A stretch of DNA of 64,000 bases, from positions 73-64,072 of the forward strand of contig DBGFJU010000042.1 of NCBI GenBank assembly GCA_048529485.1, read 5' to 3'. Positions 22,640 through 31,228 of this stretch are shown here, piece by piece. Within the stretch, counting starts at the first letter, position 1. Each line of letters begins with the position of its first letter. The notes beneath the pieces were generated by a model that was not told the origin of the DNA, made no database searches, and saw only the letters and a list, made by a program, of their open reading frames with translations. This DNA comes from Collinsella aerofaciens. GTDB lineage: Bacteria; Actinomycetota; Coriobacteriia; Coriobacteriales; Coriobacteriaceae. The position numbers and the translations under genes are program-made.

Positions 22640-24295
22640 TCAGCATTTACCCTGGTACATGCTGCCTAAATCCACTACCCCTTCTACCGCGCCGACCATC
22701 TCGTCATCGTGAGAGACAATGATGATCAGCTGGCTTTGCTTGTTGCGCTTAACATAGGCCGCAAGCTCGGCGCGGCTTACAGCGTCTAACCCAGTCGTGG
22801 GCTCGTCGAGCACCAAAACTGACGACTTGCGTGAAAGCGCCGACCATAAGTACACGCGGCGCAACTCACCGCCCGAAAGCGCGGAGCAACGTTTCCCGAG
22901 CAACTCCTTCACGCTGTTTTCCAGCGAAGGTAGGTCATCTACACCCCGGTGATAGGGAGAAAAGGGCGTGTCGAAATACTCTAACAGCTCTTTCACCGTT
23001 TCGTCCGGCGCGAAGCACGACTGTGGGCAGCACGATATCTCTCTCGCACGTATGTAATCCAAGTCGCATTCTTCGATTGGCACACCGTTGTATTTTACTT
23101 TGCCTTTCGATGAATATAGCCCGAGCATCAAGTAAAGAAGCGATGTCTTGCCCCTTCCGTTCTCCCCAACTATGCAATATGTACCAGGACCGGAAAACTT
23201 GAAAGAAAACCCGCCGAGGACCCCTCGGACAGATCCGTCTGGAAGGGCAACCGAGAATTCCAAATCAGATACCGAAATGTCATTTATTCCATCAAGTTTC
23301 GCCAAATCGGTCCGATTCCACCCCGATCTCGCCTTTTCCCTCGTCGCGATAGCCGTCCTATCCCATGATGCTTTGGCGTCCTGATAGGATTTGAACAATG
23401 ACATCATACTTTTCAAAGTCTTAAAGAGAACCGCGAAGTATGTACCGATGATAGTGTACTCGCCTATTGACATAGTTCCGTTAATGATTCGTACTCCGGA
23501 AACAACAAGTATCACCGCTTGAAACAACGCTGCGAAAAGACCATCGAGCGATGTCAGAGAATATGATAGCTTTCCGGAGCGCAAAACTTTGGGAAAATAG
23601 CTCTTAAACCCAGCGTCGAGCGCTTGTTCGCTCTTGCCGTACGAAGATGCCAGTTGAATGTTGAGAATCTGATTAAGCTGCGATGCAATTGCGGCGTAAA
23701 AGGCGCTGTCCGCCTCTTTCTTCTCATACGTGACCCTATACAAAAGTTTCCTCAACCCAGTAATTACACAGAAATACACGATGAGGAGAATGATGGAAAA
23801 CACCGCGAGAGTTGAATCAATTGACCATATGATAAGCAATACGATGGGAATAGCTACAATGGACAGCGGCGCACTGATGAAATTCGCCAAAACGAAGGAT
23901 GAGACCACGCTGGAGTCGGAAATAATCCGTTGCGTTGTATAGGCTGGATCGATGGTCCGACTCACCAAGTAATCGTCTCTTTCAAAACGCAAGACGGCCT
24001 CCCTGAGAAGATCAAAGGAAAGTCTCGTGCTTATGCGAATGGAAAGTGTTCCTGCAAAATAAGTAAAGAGGGTGGAGAAAACTCCTATTGACGCAACCAG
24101 GAGTGCGAAGAGTGCGGCGTCTCTTTCGCTGCGGTTACCGAGAAGAAAATCTAAAAATTTTCCGTTCACGTATGGCATGGCATAGGAGAGAGCGGTTCCA
24201 ATCACCGTGATAGCAATGAAGACGAAAGCCCCTTTTGCTCTGATGAACCTCGAGAGAACGCATCGAATCAAGGAAGGCCCCAATCTACCCGCCAC
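22640..24295 (-). CDS. ABC exporter, fused permease/ATPase (no C39 domain)
   Basis: N-terminal TM domain; Walker A GENGRGKT, LSGGE, VLVLDEPT, VSHD. Confidence 0.9.
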   Translation of the reverse strand: MAGRLGPSLIRCVLSRFIRAKGAFVFIAITVIGTALSYAMPYVNGKFLDFLLGNRSERDAALFALLVASIGVFSTLFTYFAGTLSIRISTRLSFDLLREAVLRFERDDYLVSRTIDPAYTTQRIISDSSVVSSFVLANFISAPLSIVAIPIVLLIIWSIDSTLAVFSIILLIVYFCVITGLRKLLYRVTYEKKEADSAFYAAIASQLNQILNIQLASSYGKSEQALDAGFKSYFPKVLRSGKLSYSLTSLDGLFAALFQAVILVVSGVRIINGTMSIGEYTIIGTYFAVLFKTLKSMMSLFKSYQDAKASWDRTAIATREKARSGWNRTDLAKLDGINDISVSDLEFSVALPDGSVRGVLGGFSFKFSGPGTYCIVGENGRGKTSLLYLMLGLYSSKGKVKYNGVPIEECDLDYIRAREISCCPQSCFAPDETVKELLEYFDTPFSPYHRGVDDLPSLENSVKELLGKRCSALSGGELRRVYLWSALSRKSSVLVLDEPTTGLDAVSRAELAAYVKRNKQSQLIIIVSHDDEMVGAVEGVVDLGSMYQGKC

Positions 24296-24523
24296 AAAAC
24301 ATCAATCACTGATACCTTACACCTCAACACAACAGGAGCGAAGATTTGCCAATGAGACTGCTTTAAGATTGCCTTGGGCCAATACGGTCTCAAGCTCTTC
24401 CTACAAGAGAGTCGGAATCGGACATCTCCTCCGACGAATCTGGCAATCGGGCGATTGAAATATCTTTTTCAACCGCCCGATTGCCACAATAGATTGGAGC
24501 GTCCGCCCGCAAACGACCTCGTT

Positions 24524-25300
24524 TTACACCCACCAAATCCTTTGCCTTTTGTCGCCTAGACTAGAAAAATCGCTCATAATAACGCAACCAGCCTGCTCGC
24601 TTGAAGAAACCTAAGCCCGTAATGTAGATGTGCAAACTTCCGGACGCCTTGCGCGGCATAGCGCGTATAAACTTCGTCAACCGCCTCAGAAATACCTGAG
24701 TATCGCGCCAGGGCAAAAGCATACGACGTCGCCGCCATACCCCGCACCCATTCGGAACGCGGACTAATTGAATAGCTGCACAGTATCATCATACATGCAT
24801 CTAGACCTGATTCCCCAAGTAGCCGACGTATTGATGCGAGCATCGTGGGTCGCCCCTGCGCCATCGTCGTCACCCCTATTAGCAGTATTTAGTGTTTTCC
24901 TCTAAATGCGTATCGCCACCCTTAAGAATATGAAGTGTTATATCCAGACCCGATTGTCCCCCATCCCCAACGAAGGGATAAGGAATCTCATCCGGAATCG
25001 GCAGTAACGAAGGATTCACAACGACAAGCGAAAAACATGAGTCATCTCACAGAGGGGAGTAAAGGCTCCCCTCAAGCACCCTAGTTTCGTCATCCAAAGA
25101 GTTGATGGCAGTGTTCTTCTTACAAAGGTCGACAACAAAAGGGTTGATTTCTACAGATGTTACATCCATGCCACAGTTGGTAAGTATCAGGCCCTGTATT
25201 CTGGGGCCAGAACACAAATCGAGAGCCTTCCGTGCGCTCTGCGGTGTAAGGCGCCAATCTCAGCAAATCTGTCCCACAATACTGCGCTGAAGAACAAGAC
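24524..25300 (-). pseudogene. Class I SAM-dependent methyltransferase (HemK/PrmC-like fold), disrupted
   Basis: Hand translation: ALDLCSGPRIQGL..VTSVEINP..EGSLYSPL*..VVVNPSLLPIP..YPFVGDGGQSGLD; in-frame TGA at 25047-25049 and apparent frameshifts; boundaries approximate. Confidence 0.78.
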
Positions 25301-25558
25301 GGAACCCCTGAGCCAAACTCCCCTATACCTTTTTAAGGCTAAGACAGGCAAGTTCACGCACCCGGCATATTCCAGAATAACATCCTATTGTTTTAGATGC
25401 TCTACAAGCATGAACAGCCGCGAATCGGAAAGATCTTCTAGTTTCGCCCCGACTGACCGCCAAGGGCCAAAATGGCCTCTCCATCCCCAGGCGACCGGCT
25501 CTGGCGCGCCAAGGAGTGTCCCCAGCCGGCAGAGAAAAGGAACGTCCCTAACTGCCGG

Positions 25559-26497
25559 CTAGAGGGCACCGAAGAGGATGGCGTAGGTAGTGGATTCGCC
25601 GAGCTTGAGCTCGTCGCCGGGATTGAGTTGGGCGGAACGGCCGGGCTCGACCTGAATGCAGACGCGCGTGGCCCCGTTTACCACCACGGTTCCGTTGGTG
25701 GACGACAAGTCCTCAACATGCCAGATATTTTGAGCATCGCACCAGATATGGGCATGGCGGGCCGAGACATCGTCGCCGACGTCGGTAATATCGCCCTCAC
25801 CAGTGGCCAGCGCGCTAATCTCAACACCCTGCTCACTCGGCTGAATCCAGCGCGGGGCGCTCACGACAAAACTGTTTTGTACGCGCAGCAAGCCCAAGGG
25901 GTGCGCCGGGGCGGGTTCGCGTGCGCCCGCGGTCATCGACATGCCAAGCGAACGCGGCGTGGAGGTGCCTCCGCCACAGGTCGCGTGTGCGTAGTCGATG
26001 GCATAGTTCACCGAGGACCGCACATCCGCCGAACAACCGACGGCGACAAACAGCACCAGCACGGCCTCGGCGCGCTCGGCGGGCATGAGTTCCGCCGCCT
26101 GGGACAGGCGATCGAGCGCGTTGCGATAGAGATTCGTGTCCTGGTGGCACTCTTCGAGCGCGCGTACCATCGGTTCACCTGCAGGACCGCACACCATATT
26201 GATCACAGCCGTGGAGTCCATAGAATTTCGCTGGCGCAGGGCCAATTGCGACATAATACGCGCAGCCGAGGTACCGTATTCGGCAAAGTAGCGCTGCTGA
26301 AGCGTGCCGACCGGCGCGCGAACGATAAAGCGGGAAACCCAAGAGCGATCGGCGGCTCGGCTCTGCGGGCTGCGGCCGTCGGCGAGCGGACGGGACGAAA
26401 GCACCAGGCCGCACAGCTCGATATGGCTCAGATGCGCCGCGCGCTTAAAGATGTCAAACATGGCCCCGCATGGGGTGAGCTCAACTTGAGATGCCAT
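25559..26497 (-). CDS. FHA domain-containing protein
   Basis: VSARHA..W.VEDLSSTNGT..LNPGDELKLG. Confidence 0.85.
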   Translation of the reverse strand: MASQVELTPCGAMFDIFKRAAHLSHIELCGLVLSSRPLADGRSPQSRAADRSWVSRFIVRAPVGTLQQRYFAEYGTSAARIMSQLALRQRNSMDSTAVINMVCGPAGEPMVRALEECHQDTNLYRNALDRLSQAAELMPAERAEAVLVLFVAVGCSADVRSSVNYAIDYAHATCGGGTSTPRSLGMSMTAGAREPAPAHPLGLLRVQNSFVVSAPRWIQPSEQGVEISALATGEGDITDVGDDVSARHAHIWCDAQNIWHVEDLSSTNGTVVVNGATRVCIQVEPGRSAQLNPGDELKLGESTTYAILFGAL

Positions 26498-26500
26498 GAC

Positions 26501-28345
26501 CTAGGCCTCCTTGGTCGTAGAAATAGAATCGGACGATACTTCGACAGGTCCGCCAAAAGTACGGGCAGCTGCGGCTCCACCGGCAAGCGGAGTCGCCATC
26601 TGGGCTTTTGTGCGTCGCGGTGCCGAAGCGGGAAGTTCAAAGGCAAAGCCCATCGCAAGCAAAAACCACGTAAGCGTATAGGTTGCAACCAGAGCGGCAA
26701 CAAGGCCGCCCATCACGGCGCGTTGGGAAAATACGCTACATGCAGCCACAACCAGCACCGGAACCTCGCAGGCAGAAAGCGCAAGCACACCCTGCAGGAA
26801 GCCCGAGCGCCGATCGCGCGCAAGTGCCCCCGCGGCAACGCCGGCTATGCCTGGCAGCGCCAACGCCAGTGCGGCAATAATACCCGGTAGCGACCCAGAC
26901 CACACGAGCGATCCCAAAGTCGCCGTAACGCGAGCGCCCGACGCCAGCAGCGCGGCCGAAACCACGACCACAGCCCAAACCACGCCACAGACGACCGCCG
27001 CACCGATCATCGCCGCGCGACGAACCGCGCGGCCAGACGCATCCATGGGGCACGGCGTGAGCGGCTCGCCGCGGAGCGAACGACCGACATTTTGCGCATA
27101 GTGGTCACAAAACGCCGAGAGCGCCGCCTCGACCGCCGCCGGCTCGGGACGATCTTTTTGATGGCTGGACAGACAGGTCATCACCACGTCGAACAGCTGG
27201 GCATCGACAAACGCCAGCGCATCGCGTAGCTCTTCGGAATCCGGCTCAAGCCCTAGCTGCTGGGCCTGCTCGGCCGCGGCGAGCGCCACATCGGGCTCAC
27301 GACGAAGCAGCTGAGTCAAATCGCAACCGGGCGCATGGGCACCAATGGGATAGTCGGGCCGTGTGTCCATCTTGAGACGGTAGGGGCTGGCGATATCGCG
27401 CGTCTTTTTGCGCGAACCCGAGGTGCCCGAAGTGCTCGGCGTGGCTTCGTATGGCGCGACGCCGGCAATGAGCTCGTAAACCGTACTTGCCACGGCATAG
27501 ACGTCAATCGCCGGTGACATACGCAAAGCGCGCAGGTCGGGAATATCGTCGGTGAGCATCTCGGGCGGGGCATAGGCAGCCGTCGCGCGACGCAGCGTGG
27601 CATAACGCTCCGTAAACGACGCCTTGCCGCCGGTACCGGCCACGGCCGACGCAGGCTCAAGCGCCAGCGACGAGCCAAAGTCGATCAGGCACAGGTCAAA
27701 GGTGCCCTCGGCAAGCTGCCGGTCAAGCGGTAGACGCGCCGTGCGCACCATAATATTAGCGGGCGAGATATCGCGATGGACAAAGCCCTCGCCCACCAGA
27801 CTCATACGGCAGAGCAGATCGAACAGGTCGCGGCCCAGACGCGCCGCCACAAGCGGCGACAGGCGTCCGGCATCGTCCACGGCGAGTCGCGAACGCAAAC
27901 GGGCAAGCGTCTCGCCCTCGACCCATTCCATGACAATTGCAGGCACACCGTCGACCTCGCCCCAGCCATAGAGGCGGGGAAAGCCCTTAAGGCCCGAAAG
28001 GGCGCGATGGCATTCGTATTCCTCGCGAAACGCCGCCTTGAACTTGGCGACCAGCGCCTCGTGAGCGGCATCGTCGTCAAACTCATCGCGCGCCGGCAAG
28101 ATGAGCTGTTTGAGTGCCACGGCCTCGCCTTGGGCGTTGACGGCACGCGTCACGCGGCCGATACCGCCACGGCGCATGGTGGCATCGTCGGCAAACAGCA
28201 TCGTAAAACGACGCAGATAGGCAGGCAGTTCGTCCTGACCGAGCGCAATGGCCGGCTCAAACCCGTCGACACGCGCCAGGCGCAGGCCGACCATCGGATC
28301 GCGACCGAGCGATTGTGGTGTGGTGGATGCAAGATCGGTCATCAT
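26501..28345 (-). CDS. Hanks-type Ser/Thr protein kinase with C-terminal TM helices
   Basis: GGIGRV, VALK, HRDISPANIM, IDFG, YAPPE, DVYA; about 4 hydrophobic helices at the C-terminus. Confidence 0.88.
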   Translation of the reverse strand: MMTDLASTTPQSLGRDPMVGLRLARVDGFEPAIALGQDELPAYLRRFTMLFADDATMRRGGIGRVTRAVNAQGEAVALKQLILPARDEFDDDAAHEALVAKFKAAFREEYECHRALSGLKGFPRLYGWGEVDGVPAIVMEWVEGETLARLRSRLAVDDAGRLSPLVAARLGRDLFDLLCRMSLVGEGFVHRDISPANIMVRTARLPLDRQLAEGTFDLCLIDFGSSLALEPASAVAGTGGKASFTERYATLRRATAAYAPPEMLTDDIPDLRALRMSPAIDVYAVASTVYELIAGVAPYEATPSTSGTSGSRKKTRDIASPYRLKMDTRPDYPIGAHAPGCDLTQLLRREPDVALAAAEQAQQLGLEPDSEELRDALAFVDAQLFDVVMTCLSSHQKDRPEPAAVEAALSAFCDHYAQNVGRSLRGEPLTPCPMDASGRAVRRAAMIGAAVVCGVVWAVVVVSAALLASGARVTATLGSLVWSGSLPGIIAALALALPGIAGVAAGALARDRRSGFLQGVLALSACEVPVLVVAACSVFSQRAVMGGLVAALVATYTLTWFLLAMGFAFELPASAPRRTKAQMATPLAGGAAAARTFGGPVEVSSDSISTTKEA

Positions 28346-29247
28346 AGGGCAAGCGCCGCCACGTTATTGTTGAAGTTACCGAGCGCGACGTCATCATCGC
28401 CGTAATGGCCGACCCATTGACATAGGTTGGTGTAACAGCCCCACAGATTGGCATACTGCTGATACCACTTTGACCGGGGCGAGAATGTCTGACGACCGAA
28501 CTCGGCTCGAATGACAAACATCTCCCCGACCAGGCTGTCGCACGGCCTGGGATCTCCCGTAGAGTTATAGGTCGAGACCACGTCATTGGCACGAGAAACA
28601 TAGCCGTCGAGCATGTTGTACTTGGCCACAAGCCAACTATGAATGCTCTCTTCCTCAGCAGCGGAAAGGCCACCGGAGTTTGCATCGTTGTCAGTGTTGC
28701 CGCCCGTCGAGCCGCCGTTTCCAGACCCTCCGGTAGAGGAACCCGACCCAGAGCCGCCGCCCGAACTCGATGAATCCGAGCCGGAGCCAGAAGTATCCGA
28801 GCTACCGGGCTTTCCGGACTGCTGGGCGTCCTGCTCCTTCTGCTGCTCGACCTTATTCACCGTTGCCGCCACGCTATTGTTGGACAACCGATCGATGATC
28901 TTGGTGTTGGTGAGCACGATGGTTTTGCCATTGGCAAGCGTGACTTCGTTGTCCGGGGCCTCGGCGCCGTCCGCATCGTCGGTGCTAAACACAATATGCG
29001 CGACCACACTTGCCCAAGCATATCCAGTCGTGGTACCCAGATCACTTTTGACCTCATGCCCCACGCGCGGTTCGCGCGCGGCATGCGCCTGCATCATGGA
29101 CGGCGCGGTCATGCCATAGGCAGAAACGCCAGCTATGACCAGCACCAGCGAGCAAGACAGCAGTGCGTACGCCCGCGGCGCCAAGCCCAGTCGGCGTCGC
29201 ATGCGCACCGTGGCGCCGCGCTTTGTCTGAGTGCCACCGGGCCGCAT
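28342..29247 (-). CDS. Hypothetical membrane-anchored/secreted protein with Gly/Ser-rich linker
   Basis: GGAGGAG RBS before ATG 29247; basic N-terminus plus TM; GS-rich tract; 4-bp overlap with the kinase. Confidence 0.7.
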   Translation of the reverse strand: MRPGGTQTKRGATVRMRRRLGLAPRAYALLSCSLVLVIAGVSAYGMTAPSMMQAHAAREPRVGHEVKSDLGTTTGYAWASVVAHIVFSTDDADGAEAPDNEVTLANGKTIVLTNTKIIDRLSNNSVAATVNKVEQQKEQDAQQSGKPGSSDTSGSGSDSSSSGGGSGSGSSTGGSGNGGSTGGNTDNDANSGGLSAAEEESIHSWLVAKYNMLDGYVSRANDVVSTYNSTGDPRPCDSLVGEMFVIRAEFGRQTFSPRSKWYQQYANLWGCYTNLCQWVGHYGDDDVALGNFNNNVAALAL

Positions 29248-29492
29248 GCGTTCTCCTCCAACAAAAACACGCCGCTCAGAAGCGGCGCATTCATTCAAAT
29301 CCATATTTGAGTGTATCAGCGAACCCAAAAGGTTGCGCAACGAATGGGCAAATTAAGGATGCGAGCGGAAGCATCCATGCGATAAGCGGATACGAAGTAT
29401 CTTTGTTGCACAACAAACTCACAGTCGCACGGGGAAATTATGACTACCCCGTGCATCGCGAGGAAAACATACGGCAGGAGAAGGCTCGCCAC

Positions 29493-30089
29493 CTAAATCG
29501 CGCGACGGGCCTCGATGGCGCGGCCAAGCGTAAGCTCGTCGGCATACTCCAGGTCGCCACCCACGGGAAGGCCGCTTGCCAGACGCGACACCTCGACGCC
29601 CAACGGCTTGATGGTACGGGCCAAGTAGCTCGCCGTGGTCTCGCCCTCGATGTTGGGGTTGGTGGCGATGATGACCTCATGGATATCCTCGTGGCCCAGA
29701 CGCGCCAGCAGCTCGCGAATGTGCAACTGCTCGGGACCAATCTTGTCCATGGGGCTGATCACGCCGCCCAGCACATGGTACAGGCCATGGTAGCTGCCCG
29801 TGCGCTCGATTGCCTGGACGTCGCGCGGCTCGCCCACCACGCAAATGCGGGTGGTATCGCGCATCGGGTCCTGGCAGATGGAGCACTCGTCGGCCGTGGC
29901 GTAGTTAAAGCAACGGCTGCAAAAGTGGACCTCCTGCTTGACCTCCAGGATGGCCTCGGCCAGGCGGCGGGCCTCCTCGGCATCGGCCTCGAGCAGGTAA
30001 TAGGCGATGCGCTGGGCCGACTTGGGACCAATGCCCGGCAGACGGCCCAGCTCATCGAGCAGTTTTTGTAGACTGTGATTCGCACTCAT
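29493..30089 (-). CDS. recR: Recombination mediator RecR
   Basis: [12 protein letters not shown]4 zinc finger, [29 protein letters not shown]. Confidence 0.97.
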   Translation of the reverse strand: MSANHSLQKLLDELGRLPGIGPKSAQRIAYYLLEADAEEARRLAEAILEVKQEVHFCSRCFNYATADECSICQDPMRDTTRICVVGEPRDVQAIERTGSYHGLYHVLGGVISPMDKIGPEQLHIRELLARLGHEDIHEVIIATNPNIEGETTASYLARTIKPLGVEVSRLASGLPVGGDLEYADELTLGRAIEARRAI

Positions 30090-30102
30090 ATATATGCGCG
30101 TC

Positions 30103-30423
30103 TTAGAACGGCATGCCCGGGATGTTGAGGCCGCCGGTGATGGCGCCCATCTGCTTGTTGGCGAGCTCGTTGACGCCACGGACGGCCTCGTTGACGGCAG
30201 CCATGATCATGTCCTGCAGCATATCGACGTCCTCGGGATCGAGCGCATCGGGGTCAATAGTGAGGTTGACGAGCTCCATCTCGCCGTTGACAGTCACCTT
30301 GACCATGCCGCCGCCGGCAGAGGCGTCGACGGTCTGGGACTTGAGGTTCTCCTGCGCGGCGGCAAGCTGCTCCTGCATCTTGCGAGCCTGCTTCATCATC
30401 TGCTGCATGTTCATACCGGCCAT
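30103..30423 (-). CDS. ybaB: YbaB/EbfC nucleoid-associated protein
   Basis: [29 protein letters not shown]; adjacent to recR. Confidence 0.95.
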   Translation of the reverse strand: MAGMNMQQMMKQARKMQEQLAAAQENLKSQTVDASAGGGMVKVTVNGEMELVNLTIDPDALDPEDVDMLQDMIMAAVNEAVRGVNELANKQMGAITGGLNIPGMPF

Positions 30424-30648
30424 GATGGCTCCTTTACGTGCGGCCGCACGCCGAGCTGCAAGGGCAGCCGGAGCGCAGCGGGACTTTCAAACTCAAAAAT
30501 CGTACCACGGCGCGAGGCCAGCGAGCGGGGCGGTTGTGCCACCTCAGTCGATATACATGTCCTCCAATACAAACCGCACCCAAAGATTATGCAAGGTCGA
30601 ATTAAAAGCCCCTAAGGAGCTAGGGGCCCTAAGTCCAATGAGTGGCCC

Positions 30649-30921
30649 TCAGCAGTAAAACGATAGCCCGCCAGTTGTTTCTTTCCAACGTTTGCAAATC
30701 AGTGCATGGTTAGATGAAACAAACTGCATGATATCGCGTAAATCCCGAGCAGGAATATCGCCCTTGTTATGGGCCAGCTTGCATCCGCCGGAGCGGGTAA
30801 GCCATATCTTGGTTGCCTCGGCAGTGGGGCGCTTGACCGCAACGTGAAGATGGACAGGTTCGCCGTTCTCCCCCGTCCAGAAGAAGATGATGTACGGCCC
30901 GAGTCGAAACAGGCTAGGCAT
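30649..30921 (-). CDS. DUF4160-like small protein
   Basis: MPSLF..Y.IFFW..ENGEPVHLHV..ATKIW..W pattern. Confidence 0.7.
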   Translation of the reverse strand: MPSLFRLGPYIIFFWTGENGEPVHLHVAVKRPTAEATKIWLTRSGGCKLAHNKGDIPARDLRDIMQFVSSNHALICKRWKETTGGLSFYC

Positions 30922-31174
30922 AGACTCGTCCGCCTTCGTAGGCAAAACGTAGGATGAGCGGGGCATTGTTACGCACGAAATCATCGAGTTCTTTGAGGTC
31001 CGCTTCGCTAAAGCCCTCGTGTGACACCCAATTGAATGCCGGCAAGATACACTCCGCCGTGTCAAAACCCCAATCGCGCGGGCGCTCCACAACAACCTTC
31101 ACCGTGTTGTCCTCCCGGACTTCGGAATACGAAACCTGCGTATCGTCCTCAAGGCGGACATATTCCCACATCAT
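30914..31174 (-). CDS. Small acidic hypothetical protein coupled to the DUF4160-like gene
   Basis: 86-aa ORF overlapping the next start by 8 bp. Confidence 0.7.
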   Translation of the reverse strand: MMWEYVRLEDDTQVSYSEVREDNTVKVVVERPRDWGFDTAECILPAFNWVSHEGFSEADLKELDDFVRNNAPLILRFAYEGGRVYA

Positions 31175-31228
31175 AAGCTCGCTCCGTTCAAAGGGTTCTC
31201 TTCTTGAGCAGTATACCCGCCCGTACAG

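Larger units (their letters stand above)
19245..25558. mobile_element. Lower-GC genomic island carrying a RiPP cluster (no integrase seen)
   Basis: Abrupt shift to AT-richer codon usage between two diverged FHA 3'-end repeats. Confidence 0.7.

Noticed and set aside
25047..25049. Selenocysteine/readthrough TGA in the methyltransferase
   Set aside because: Accompanied by frameshifts and degraded motifs, so pseudogenisation is simpler
28690..28810. Tandem DNA repeat in the Gly/Ser-rich tract
   Set aside because: Low-complexity protein linker without exact nucleotide periodicity
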